Assembly (NCBI GenBank): GCA_026770705.1
Contig: JANJGN010000041.1
Span: 6,510,001 to 6,574,000 of the forward strand
Direction: 5' to 3'
From: Isurus oxyrinchus
Lineage: Eukaryota
Length of the DNA stretch: 64,000 nt
In this document: positions 52,550 to 64,000 of the stretch, piece by piece
How positions within the stretch are numbered: the first letter of the stretch is position 1
Layout of the letters: each line of letters starts with the position of its first letter
Made by a program: the position numbers and the translations under genes
The notes under the pieces: generated by a model
What the model saw: only the letters and a program-made list of their open reading frames with translations
Databases searched by the model: none
Told to the model about the DNA's origin: nothing

Positions 52550-54640
52550 TGGTGCATTTATTCTTCATGCCAAAGCGCATTCAGTAACTGGCATTGATGT
52601 AGTTCATCCAGTTTCTGAAAAGCTGACGCCCATTCACATAAGTGTACTTGTCGATATCCTCGCATCAAGTCAATTTATGTGGTAGGTCCGACTTTCTTGA
52701 TATGCTCATCAATTCATCGCCTGTGATATGAATCTGTCTTTGTTGTCGTGTTCATTTTTCGGTAATTAATACATAGTGCTAGTCACCCATCTGGTTTCCG
52801 CACCATTACAGTGGCTGAACTCTAATTAGTGTGTCTAGGCCCTATCATGTCATTTTGAAGGATAAATTCAGCTTCCTCCCGCACTTTTGTTAATTTTAGT
52901 AGTTTTCATCTCTATCCGTGTTTGCTTATTGAAGGTCAATTCCCCACCTCAGTATCATCTACAGAAAATATGCATTCCCCAATGTATTTCCAATAATTGC
53001 TTTGTATGAATGATAAAGCTCTTTTGAATGACTCTGACGCTTTCTTGGAAGGATACCTAAACAGAAATTTACGTTCCTCAGTACTTCCTCATTTTGCAAC
53101 TAAATCAGACATAGGTCAGTTTCAGAATCCTTACCCTTTACCCCTGTTCCCTTAAATACAAATGCCTGTAACTCTTCCTGTTTATTCTGTCGATTAAAAT
53201 ATATGTAAGCATATTTATATGGTGCACTGGCCGGCTCTTCCTTCTACGTTGGGTTCTTTATCACATAGTTTACCACATTCCGTCCCCTTTCAACCTGGTA
53301 AGGCCCACAAAACATTGTCCTCACATGTTCACCTGACACTACCAACAAAACGAAGACTTTGTCCATAGCCAAAAAACTAAGAGCCGTTGCGCTTTTAGCT
53401 GTATTTGCCTTCTTTACTTGCTGAGCTATAATGGACTGTTTCCTGGTGTGCTCACATGCCTTCCTCAATCCTTCTCGGAATTTAGCCACATAGTCGAAAA
53501 GTGTAGTTTCTGAAGTTTGACTCATTGAGTTCTCCGGACTCAGTTTGAACTTTCCCGACACATCATGACCAGAAATTAAATCATAAGGACTGTACCCTGT
53601 TGATACATTAATGATATCTCCAATGGAAAACCACACGTGTATAATCCCTCGAAAACAAGCATGTGGATAATCTAGATCACGTACGCTAATTATAGTCTTT
53701 GTGCACAGTTACCAACTTTGTAAGGCACACTGTGAGTTAGGGTGATCCGCTGTCGTCCTAAATTGTTTTATTCCTAGGCTGTCCATAACTTATTTGAACA
53801 GCTGTGAGATGAAATTCGAATCCTGATCCGACTCCATTCCTTTTGGTAATCCATATCTTGTAATGGAAAATGATTTACTCCACTACAATGAACTTTGCTG
53901 CACTTTTCCTTAAAGGCAAGCTTCTGGAAATCTCGTAGACAAATATATGATTGGCAGTATGTACTGATTCCCGCTTTTAGTCCAAGGGGGGTGTCCTAAA
54001 CAATCAATCAGGACACTGTTAAATTGTTCCATAAACACTGGAATTTGAATTAAATGTGAAGATTTAACTGATGCTTGAGGTTTTCCTTTCACCTGACGTG
54101 TGCGACATGTTTGACAGAATTTGGCTGCATCTTTATGTAGTCAAGTCCAATATTTTCCCCGTTGTAATTAGTTTGGAACTTCCTAATTCCCAAATATAGA
54201 GCGATTGGAATTTTATGAGGCGCTCTCAAAATTTAATCCCATTCCAAACATGTTATCACTACTTCGTGCTTTGCTGTACAATTGTTCGGAATGTAATTAC
54301 ACTCGGTAATGCATTTTGTTTTTGCTTCAGAATAAACTGTCTTGTTTACCTGCGGTAGGACTGGACACTGCAAATTTTGCTCCACTAATGAACTGAATGC
54401 TTCAGTCTCATCCACTTCGACCCTCTCGTCCTAAGCAATATTTTCAAGGATTTATACAGCTAAATAAATTTCAGCATGTCTGCCTGTCTTTTAGATTATT
54501 CCACATCTTGTTTAAACTGGTACACCTGTGGTTCAATCACCACATAATCTGGAAACATGCCATTATTCTCTTTCTGTACAAACTCTGCTGATTGTACTTC
54601 AACGGGCTGTTCAACTACAATAGGTTATTACGACACAGCA
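52550..54640 (-). mobile_element. Decayed Gypsy LTR retrotransposon pol, Gmr1-type domain order (IN upstream of RT)
   Basis: 5'->3' order: CQTC zinc finger, LIDCLG..TKSGNQYIL..TRFPEA, SDQ.SNF, GPYQV...NYVI, then the RT start VMVRKPDG*LALCINYRKMN, IDLMRGYRQV, FGMKN. Confidence 0.88.
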
Positions 54641-55569
54641 GTTGATAAAGGCTCAGTTGTTTAAAAGCAAAAAGGGAAAATTGAACAACTGTCTTAACCT
54701 ACACTGGTATGTTTGAGATGCAACTCTGAATTCAGAAATAAAACTACCAATCTCCACAAGGTTTTTTACTTAAAAATAAAGTAAACATTTATTAATTTAA
54801 CAACAATTTTTAACGTGCACACATGACTACAAATTATTAACATAATACAATTTAAACAAGTTCTCAAATTAATTACTCCCAGGTAAACATTCACCAAGGA
54901 ACCATTAACTAATAGACTTTGAATAGACACCAGGCAAAGCACAATTAACCTTAAGAATTTAAATTGCGGTTTATTTCAATTTGTTTCTTTTGCAGAAACA
55001 GTTCCAGGCTGACAGGCTGGTTTGCTCTTAGCTGTCACTGACTCGTATGTACACATTAACTTCTGTTTAAATCTAGCTTTCTCTTTGAATGAAAATTTTC
55101 AATTGCATTACTTTTTTTAAAATTTCACCTCTCCTTACATTAATATTTTCAATCCACCAATTTTTTCTGCAATAAAAACTCATGGGTTGGTGTCGTCTAT
55201 CTAGGAACAATATTTTAACCATTCTTTTGAATGGTTTATTCAACAAATATGCATTCCATTTTACTTTTTACTGCTTCTAATTATCTAATTAATATCACAA
55301 ACTACTATACATCAAATCACCCAGCCTAGCTGGCTTTCATCCAGCTAAGATACACAGACACAAACCTGGACACAAACAAACATATAATCAGGCCTCAAAT
55401 TCAAGTTATGCACTTTATTTTAGGACATTTAACGCTTTCTTTGGCAATTTCACTTTCATTGCGGACATGGGTCGACCATCTTTACTTCTGCAAATTTGGA
55501 GAAATGTCCCCAACATTGAGCTTACGGGTGCTGCAACATTTGGTAAAAAAGAGGTTTTTTTATCAATTC

Positions 55570-55855
55570 TTTCATGAGACGCGGACTTCGCTGGCTGGAC
55601 CAGCATTTATTGTCCATCCCTAATTTACCCATGAGAAGGGAGTTGTGAGCTGCCTCCTTGAACAGCCTGATGCATTTGGTGTAGCTGCAACCACAGTCCT
55701 GTTAGAAAGGGAGATCCAGGATTTTGACCCAGCGACAGTGAAGGAACAGCTGATAAATTTCCACATCATGATGGTGAGTTACTTGGAAGGGGACCTGCAG
55801 ATGGTGGTGTTGTGGGTTTGGAAAGTGCCATCTAAGGAGCCTGGGTTAATTTAAG
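55570..55855 (-). mobile_element. LINE family A 3' tail
   Basis: cagcatttattgtccatccctaatt tail motif. Confidence 0.7.
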
Positions 55856-58029
55856 GGGCGTACGTGACTGTGTTAACTAATCCATCAATCAACAAGACAC
55901 AACACTTAGTTAATTAATGCATGAATAAATATAGGAAGGAATGAATAAATGAACGTATGCATGAATGTTTCTGGCCATTGAAGAAACAGCGTCGAAAAAA
56001 AGTAGTCTTGCTCTCGGGCATATTCATAATATTATTTCACAAGGTCCTAATTTGGGGAATAGTTTCATATGAGCTGCATCGTCCATGTGCCAGTGCCGGC
56101 AGGCTTCAAGGCGAATGGGGCTTTTGAAATGGGCGGGACTTAACTTTGGGATGGGTCCCCCTCACACTGCCACCAGGAGCGACTTTTCCAGGGACGAATG
56201 AGAATGAGGATTAGATGCTTGGATCACCGTGTCGAATAGATCATTTTCATAATGAACCGCCCCTCCCCTACCCCCCAAAAATGCAGTGTGATTTTACAGC
56301 TGTGCGGAGTCCAACTCAGCCTCAATACGTTCTCCAGATCTGTGAAGGCTGCCCCCTTGTGGCAATTCTGTGGTCCAGCAACGACGGAGAAGCAATTTCC
56401 CCAAAGCATTTTGTACAGCAGGAATGGGCTCCTCTGTGGGCGCAAAGTACCAAATGCAAATATTTCCCAGCGCATAAAGGGGATTTTTCCTCCCTTCCTT
56501 AACATTTTGTACTGTTGCGTGGTCATACCTGCTCAGAGTTGCCTCAGTGGCGCCCATCTCGTCCCTTGGAGCTGCCAATGATCTGCAGCTGACAGCATTG
56601 TACGAAGGGAGGTAATGCCATCATCCTTGTTGGGATGGTGATCTTTGAAGCGCCCCATTCGGAGGCCACCTTCTGGAAAATTGCTCCGCTGGACAGGCTT
56701 CCAGCAACTCTGGCTCGCATATTGTCCCATCCTCATGGTGCTGAATCCACAGGGAAATTCTGCCCAAAATGTCAAAGACTGCAGCTCATCCAGAAATGGA
56801 AATGTAGGAAACATTAAGAGGGAAATTCATGTCGGAAGTGTAAAGAACATATTTTTGTTTTGTTTTTTTTTTCTCTCCTGGACTGTGGCATTAAGATTGG
56901 ACTTTGGCTTCAAATGCTACCATGTCCGCATTCTAATAGAGATGTTCACTCGAGCAGGAGAAGAAGAAATCATACATAATTGCTATCTCCTGGAACAGTG
57001 TCTGCCAGCCTGAAAAGAATGGTGCTGGAAAGGAGACCTGGTTTAAGAGTGAGCTCGCTGCTGACGGTTTCTGATGACCCATGAGCAATAAGCCATGTTT
57101 TGTGTTTTGATATTGCAGTAGATCATCTGCTAGCCTGCGATCAAAAAAATAAAAATAAAGACCTGGAATCTCTCTCTCTGCTATGTTTTGCAAAACTCGA
57201 ATAATCCTGCCATTGTAGCTACCTGGCTAGTCCTCACATAGTTGTATCCTGCGTTCTTTGCTAAACCCCAGTTAGGAGGAAAATGGGGAAAAACAGTAGT
57301 GGCGACTTTTAAAGCAAGTTTGAACCAGAGAGCCACAGACTGCTAGTGCTCAGTGCTCTGGTCGGCGATAACAACCTACAAAAAATTTGGAATAACAGAG
57401 CCAAATTAAAAGAATCTAGTCCCAAAGTACGGATTGGTTCAATTGAACTGTTTAATCTCACCTTTAAAATCTGTGTTTTTTATGTCATGTGTCTGTTTGT
57501 ATATAGGAGCTTTGAAGGGGTAGAGTTATGTTGTAGAATTTAAACTGGTCATGTTTCTTCCTGTTGCCACTGGGTACAGGCAAATTGTTTAATGAAGTGT
57601 TATTTACATTTGAAGTTTGCAAACATGGTGCTCGTCTGCTGTGAAACTAAATGGAACAGTTGTGTTGAATTGGGGCAATCCACTGGCCTAATCAATCTTT
57701 TCACATTTGCCACTGTTCGGGGAACAATGGTGATTAATGTGGCAAAGTACTAACCACGTTGAGTCCTGGCAAAGGGGAACATGCCAGATGATTTTTCTTG
57801 TATGCACCTGTGCAGTGATGAAATTAGAGTGGATTAGCTGGGGCAACGTAAATAATATGGTCCTAATTTTAAAATGAGTCAGTGTCACTTATTTGTTGTT
57901 TCACTTGCAAAAAGCCCTGAAATGCACAAACTTCATACAAAACGAACTGGATAAGAGATAACACTTGGTTCCTTTTGCACTAATATAATATTTTTTCTTT
58001 CTAAATTTTGGGATGTCACACTTCACATA

Positions 58030-58480
58030 ACAACATAGGAAAAGTAGCACATGACTTAGGAGCTGGTGAAGGGCATTCTGCCCTTCAAGCCTGCTCCGCC
58101 TTTGAAGAAAGCCTGGCTGATCTGGTTGTGGCCTCAACTCAAATTTAATCTTTTCGCGTTTGTCTATAAGATATCTATCTAACTCTGCCTTGAAAGATGT
58201 CAATGACATAACATCCATTGCTTTCTGGTGAAGGGTATTCCACATTTAAACAGCCATTTGAGAAAGAGAGAAAACAAAATCCCCACATCTGCCTTAAAAC
58301 GCAGAACACATTCATAAATTGTGCTACATAGTTCTACTCCTTCCTATGAGTTCAAATATCATCCCGTTATCTATGCTGTCAATTCTCATCGGCATCTTAT
58401 TTGTTACAATAAGATAACCTCATGTTCCACAAAATTCAAATGAGTGTAATTCGACCCTCATTGACCTTTCAGCTCACATT
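58030..58480 (-). mobile_element. CR1 3' end
   Basis: MWNTLHQKAMD..SL.SFKAELDRYL followed by a 3' UTR-like tail. Confidence 0.8.
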
Positions 58481-58669
58481 TAGGCAATTCGGCCAAACGT
58501 ATCGGCGCCAGACAAGATAGATCTGAGTACAAACATCCCATTTTCCAGCGCTTGGCTGATAGTTCTGGAGGCTATGGCAACCCAAGTCAATATCTAAATA
58601 CTTCTTAAATGTTCTGAGGATTTCTGACTCAGCTTCCCATGCTGTTGAAGTATTCAGATTTTTACTCCC

Positions 58670-59002
58670 TCATGGGATGTGGGCTTCGATTGGAAGGCCA
58701 TCATTTATTGCTCATGCTTAATTGTGCCCTAGTTCTGAGGTCAGTAAAGAGTCAACCTCATTGCTATGTGTCTGGAGTCACATGTAGGGCAGATCAGTAA
58801 GAACAGCAGATTTCCCTGCCTAAGGGACGTTAGTGAACCAGATTCCTTTTTATAACAATCGACAACGGTCATCTTTAGACTTTTCAATTCAGATTTCTGT
58901 TGCATTCAAGTTCCATGATCTGCTGAATCCGGGTGTCCAGACAATTACTCTGGGTCTCTGGAATACCAATTCAATGACGATACAAAAATGCCACCGCCTC
59001 CC
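58670..59002 (-). mobile_element. Near-full-length SINE with tRNA-like head and LINE-A-derived tail
   Basis: Head gggaggcggtggc, core ctggttcactaacgtcccttaggcagggaaatctg, tail gcaataaatgatggcc...gcccacatcccatg. Confidence 0.8.
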
Positions 59003-59599
59003 ACTTCATAAAACAAGCCTCCTCATTCCAAAAATGAGATGAGAGAATGTTCACTGATCTGCTGCTAACGTAATTATAGATTTAATTTTCTTCTAATACG
59101 GAGACCAGAACTGGACACAGAAATTCAGATGTGTTTTCACGAGGCCAAGTGCAGCTGCATCAGGTGGTGATGGAATCACATTCGGGGTGAATCAATTTTG
59201 AAAGTAATCGGTATACCCTTAGACATTAGGGTGAAACATCAGTTGAAAGGGAGTAATTGGTTAATATTCAATGATCCTATTGTTAGAGGTGCGATTGGTC
59301 TATTTGTCTCTTTCTGTGAGGAGTGAGGAATGTTCAATTCCAATTACAAACACCAGGTTGTGATCAAGCAGAGCTATTGCCACCTTGTGAGCTCGTATTC
59401 AATGTGTCTTCTGCACCCCCTATGCTATTAAATGTTGTTCTTTAATGAAGTTAGTGTGCATCAATCCTGTTAGTTACGAGGTGAAAATGGTTGACAGGAT
59501 CAACAACTGTGTTGATCAGAGATGGTACCGCTACCATGCTGTATGTGGCTGCTTGCGGCCATGGATGTTTCACCGATTGCTCTTCACAAGGTGCTGTAG

Positions 59600-59812
59600 A
59601 GCTTTCTCGTTGCCTTCTGCAGTAGGGCTGACCAGGTAAGTCCCCCACTCTTACCGCTGCCATGAAATGCATTGGAAGAGTCGCAGGAGGATAGGTGAAC
59701 CGCTCGACAAAGTTATCAACATAGCTTCTGCGGCCATCAAGTCCTGAATAGGAATTCGAAGCCAGGTGTTCTGGATCGAGGTAGGGACATTAACACTGCT
59801 CTACAGGACCTG
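59600..59812 (-). mobile_element. Possible second tRNA-derived SINE family
   Basis: A-box-like tagagcagtg and B-box-like gcttcgaattcc at tRNA-like spacing. Confidence 0.4.
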
Positions 59813-60535
59813 CGGATCTGTTGTAGAATTTCCAGTTGTTGCTGCTACGGCAGCATTCTCTGTGTTAACTGTCATGAATGGCAGATGGTGTTTGCTGCAC
59901 TAAACCTTTGCTACTTTCACTGTAACACTTTTGAGTAACATAGGAAAAGTGTAGGCAAATTCAGGTACCCCACTGAATTGCTAATAGGGGTAGCTTTTTT
60001 GATAGCTCCTTTTTTATTCCCCTAAATTGTCAATCTGCATGTTTCGATGATATATTTCAAATTTTGTCTGCACTCATCAGTCTGTTAACAACAGAGGCAT
60101 CATGAAGGTACCCTGCAAAACACCCGCTGTCTCTTACAGCAACATCACCATGTCTTAGTGCCATAGCGTGAAAGTGGAAAGGACTGATTAGGCACTTGTG
60201 GCCCGACCGCTGTGGCTGCATATTCGAGATGGTGAGGGACTTTGCAGAGGCCACTCGCTTCAGCCTTGTTGACCATATTCTCGTCAGCTTCACTTCACGG
60301 TAATAATTGACATGTTTATAACATAGATCGACAGTTATTTTTTTTCACCTTTGTACGTTTATTTTCGTTCACATCTATCAAAACTGTGACACTCAAACAG
60401 AATTTAAAAAAAAAAACAGGCAAATCTTCTAATCAGTGCTCTGTGCAGTAAAATAAAACACAGGTTCTTATTTCAATTGCTTGGAAGATTGGCAGCATAG
60501 AGACGTGTTTGGATGGGCATGTCTAAATTTGGACA

Positions 60536-61300
60536 ATTTTATTTTTTAGAAAAATATACTTTATTAATAAAATTGCTGAAAGCTCATGACAATAAATTTC
60601 AAAATGGGCATCACAAAAAGTACAATCGCATACAACTTTACCACATAGCTCATGAGGTGCTTCAACACAACTAAATGAATATTACAGGCATTTCAATGTG
60701 GTCGTTACAGGCAGTCAGAAAGTGCAATTGGATTTATGCTATCGACGTAGACCATGTTGCCCTCCGAGGTGCGCCAATACAATGGTGATATGTTTGGTAT
60801 TTGAAGCATACCTTTAATGTGAGCCAGAAATTTGGACGTTTCAAACCATGAAATGAGTGTCACGCTCATTCTCTCTCTGTCTATCCTTCGCTCGCAACAT
60901 TTTGTTACAATGCAAACATCCAGGACACTGCAATATCCTGCTCTCTTCCTGGAAACGTGCACCTTCTCTGGAACATGGCTCGACAATATTGGTGGTGGCT
61001 CTCTGTCTCATTGTTGCATCTTTAGCTCTTCCAGACATTGCACGAGGGGAAATTGACAGCTGGGTGAAAACTCAGCTCGGAAGAAGCAAATAGCTAATTC
61101 TGCTCAACAGTAGATTGTCAATGGAAGCACAGTGATGCCCAAAACCACCAGCTGCCTTTCTCACCTACCCCAAATTCTCGACAATATCACCCCTGACTGC
61201 CTCACCCTGCCCCACAGGACTGTAATGGGAATGTTCAAGTGTTTGATTTGCAGGAACTGCATTATTTCAAATGGGCAGCTGCTACGGTGCTACAGCAGCT
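60536..61300 (-). mobile_element. Tx1/L1-like LINE 3' end
   Basis: Ends aataaagtatattttctaaaaaataaaa on the minus strand. Decayed ORF2 C-terminus lies upstream. Confidence 0.5.
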
Positions 61301-62084
61301 TCAATTCCAGGCACGGACTCATGAAGTGATGCACTTTTGGAGCAAAACAGATGGGGAGCAGTCAGAATTAAATAACGCAAATTTGAAGGCATTTCGCGCA
61401 CTTTAGAGTTCACCTCCTGCATTGTGAATGTCTTCGGCAGGGCTGGAGTGTTAGGGAGCGGTGGTAATGCGGTCTGGGATGGGGAGTGGCACAACCAGGC
61501 TGATTGAAACCAAAAGGAATGCAGAAAGACGTTTGTTTGCAAAGAGGTGCAATATAAATAACAGAAGCAAGGATCATAGGAAAAGAAATCAGTATGCTGT
61601 GGAACCCGGAGATTTCAAGTTATCTGAAACAAAAACAACATTGAAACTGTTAATAAAAATCATCAGGCAGCATCTGTCGAGAGAAACAAAGTAAACATGT
61701 GTGAACTGAAAATTTAACATTGCTTCTCTTCACTGTTGCTAACATTACCTGTTGAGTTAATCACCCGCAGCATTTCCTTCTCTTTTTTTGTTTGTGTGAC
61801 TTATCTTTGCCTATCATGCCCTGAGAACAATTTGCCATCCTGTTGCAAATGAGGAACAGTATTTTACTAAGGGAGTCAAGTACCTCGAAATGATGCGGAG
61901 ATATTTGTGAATACATTACGAGGAATAAGGGACATTAGTTATGTATAGGTATCAAATGGTTATGAAAATGATTTTCTGAGGCTAAATAAAGTTTAAGTAT
62001 GTTTGATTATTCTGAGCATAATTAAGATCCGACCTGTAACCAGGGAGCATCAATGTGCTATGTGTATTTCTGGATGGTTCTCTG

Positions 62085-64000
62085 AATGTCTACCTATCTA
62101 TCCGTCTATCAGCCTGTCGATGTATCAATCTATCTCTATTAGCCTGCCTGTCTACCTATTTGTCTATCGGCCTGTCTGGCTATGTGCCTGCCAGCCTCTC
62201 TGTTCATGAGGCCGTCCGTCCATCCGTCCGTCCGAACACCNNNNNNNNNNNNNNNNNNNNNNNNNNNNNNNNNNNNNNNNNNNNNNNNNNNNNNNNNNNN
62301 NNNNNNNNNNNNNNNNNNNNNNNNNNNNNNNNNNNNNNNNNNNNNNNNNNNNNNNNNNNNNNNNNNNNNNNNNNNNNNNNNNNNNNNNNNNNNNNNNNNN
62401 NNNCCGTCCATCGATCCATCCAACCAAGCATCCATCCATGCAACCATACANNNNNNNNNNNNNNNNNNNNNNNNNNNNNNNNNNNNNNNNNNNNNNNNNN
62501 NNNNNNNNNNNNNNNNNNNNNNNNNNNNNNNNNNNNNNNNNNNNNNNNNNNNNNNNNNNNNNNNNNNNNNNNNNNNNNNNNNNNNNNNNNNNNNNNNNNN
62601 NNNNNNNNNNNNNNNNNNNNNNNNNNNNNNNNNNNNNNNNNNNNNNNNNNNNNNNNNNNNNNNNNNNNNNNNNNNNNNNNNNNNNNNNNNNNNNNNNNNN
62701 NNNNNNNNNNNNNNNNNNNNNNNNNNNNNNNNNNNNNNNNNNNNNNNNNNNNNNNNNNNNNNNNNNNNNNNNNNNNNNNNNNNNNNNNNNNNNNNNNNNN
62801 NNNNNNNNNNNNNNNNNNNNNNNNNNNNNNNNNTCCTTCTATCCATTCATCCTNNNNNNNNNNNNNNNNNNNNNNNNNNNNNNNNNNNNNNNNNNNNNNN
62901 NNNNNNNNNNNNNNNNNNNNNNNNNNNNNNNNNNNNNNNNNNNNNNNNNNNNNNNNNNNNNNNNNNNNNNNNNNNNNNNNNNNCGTCCTTGCTTCCTTCC
63001 TTCCATCCATCCTAACATGCATTGATCCTTCCATCCATCCATCCTTCCATCCTTCCATTCATCCAACCTTCAATCCATCCTTCCATCCAACCATCCATCA
63101 ATCCTTCCTTCAATCCATCCATTCTTCCATCCATTCATCAGTCTATCCATCNNNNNNNNNNNNNNNNNNNNNNNNNNNNNNNNNNNNNNNNNNNNNNNNN
63201 NNNNNNNNNNNNNNNNNNNNNNNNNNNNNNNNNNNNNNNNNNNNNNNNNNNNNNNNNNNNNNNNNNNNNNNNNNNNNNNNNNNNNNNNNNNNNNNNNNCC
63301 TCCAAACCATCCATACTTCCATCCATCCATGCATCATTCTATCCATCAATTATTCCAATCATCCGTCCATCCTTCCATCCATCCATACATCCGTCCATCA
63401 ATCCATTCATCCATCCTTCAACCCATTCATCCTTCTATACATCCATCCTTCCAACCAGCCATTAATTCATCCAAACATCCATCTATCCTTCCATCCATCC
63501 ATCCATCCATCCATCCTTCCATGCATGCATCCATCCATCCATGCATCCATTCCTTCTTCCTTCCATCCATCCATCCAACGTCCAATCCATCAATCCATCC
63601 TTCCATCCATCCTTCCATCCATTCAACCATCCATCCGGCCTTCAATCCATTACTCCATCCATCCATCCTACTATCCATCCATCCTATTAGCCATCCATCC
63701 GTCCAGCGTTCCTTCCATCCATCAATCCATCCATCCATTCTTATATCCATCCATCCTTCCATCCAGCCATCCATCCGTCCATCCATTCATCCATCCATCC
63801 TTCAACCTTTTCATCCTTCTATCCATTCATCCTNNNNNNNNNNNNNNNNNNNNNNNNNNNNNNNNNNNNNNNNNNNNNNNNNNNNNNNNNNNNNNNNNNN
63901 NNNNNNNNNNNNNNNNNNNNNNNNNNNNNNNNNNNNNNNNNNNNNNNNNNNNNNNNNNNNNNNNNNNNNNNNNNNNNNNNNNNNNNNNNNCCATCCTTCC
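62085..64000. repeat. (TCTA/TCTG)n grading into a long (TCCA/TTCC)n array with five N runs
   Basis: Directly visible. Confidence 0.97.

Noticed and set aside
56100-57750. Possible Harbinger-like MITE and solo LTR (similar impressions at 5640-6350, 23845-24340 and 31195-31950)
   Set aside because: Could not define paired TIRs, LTR ends or TSDs by eye.
62139-63786. Long MDGW/PSIH ORFs
   Set aside because: Artefacts of (TCCA)n and N runs.

Overview
Eukaryotic, repeat-rich DNA, inferred to be cartilaginous fish (shark-like) from its LINE/SINE families and GPCR type. The core is a birth-and-death cluster of two-exon, GPR139/GPR142-like class A GPCR genes. One gene appears intact (minus strand, exons 36366-36297 and 27756-26870, 318 aa). 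There are four pseudogenes at different stages of decay and one orphan exon 1. Two pseudogenes have an N-terminal 42-bp (14-aa) tandem array in which most units carry an N-glycosylation sequon and most start with a strong-context ATG. Interleaved on the minus strand are decayed relics of B7-family-like Ig genes (leader/IgV/IgC, plus an IgV inside the intact GPCR intron) and four related 94-96 bp mucin-like phase-1 exons set in a 23-bp minisatellite. The rest is decayed mobile DNA: CR1, L2, Tx1-like and RTE-like LINEs, a SINE sharing its 3' tail with a LINE, a hAT transposase relic and a Gmr1-type (integrase-before-RT) Gypsy element. The window ends in a gapped (TCCA)n array. All family assignments come from motif recognition by eye; no searches were run.
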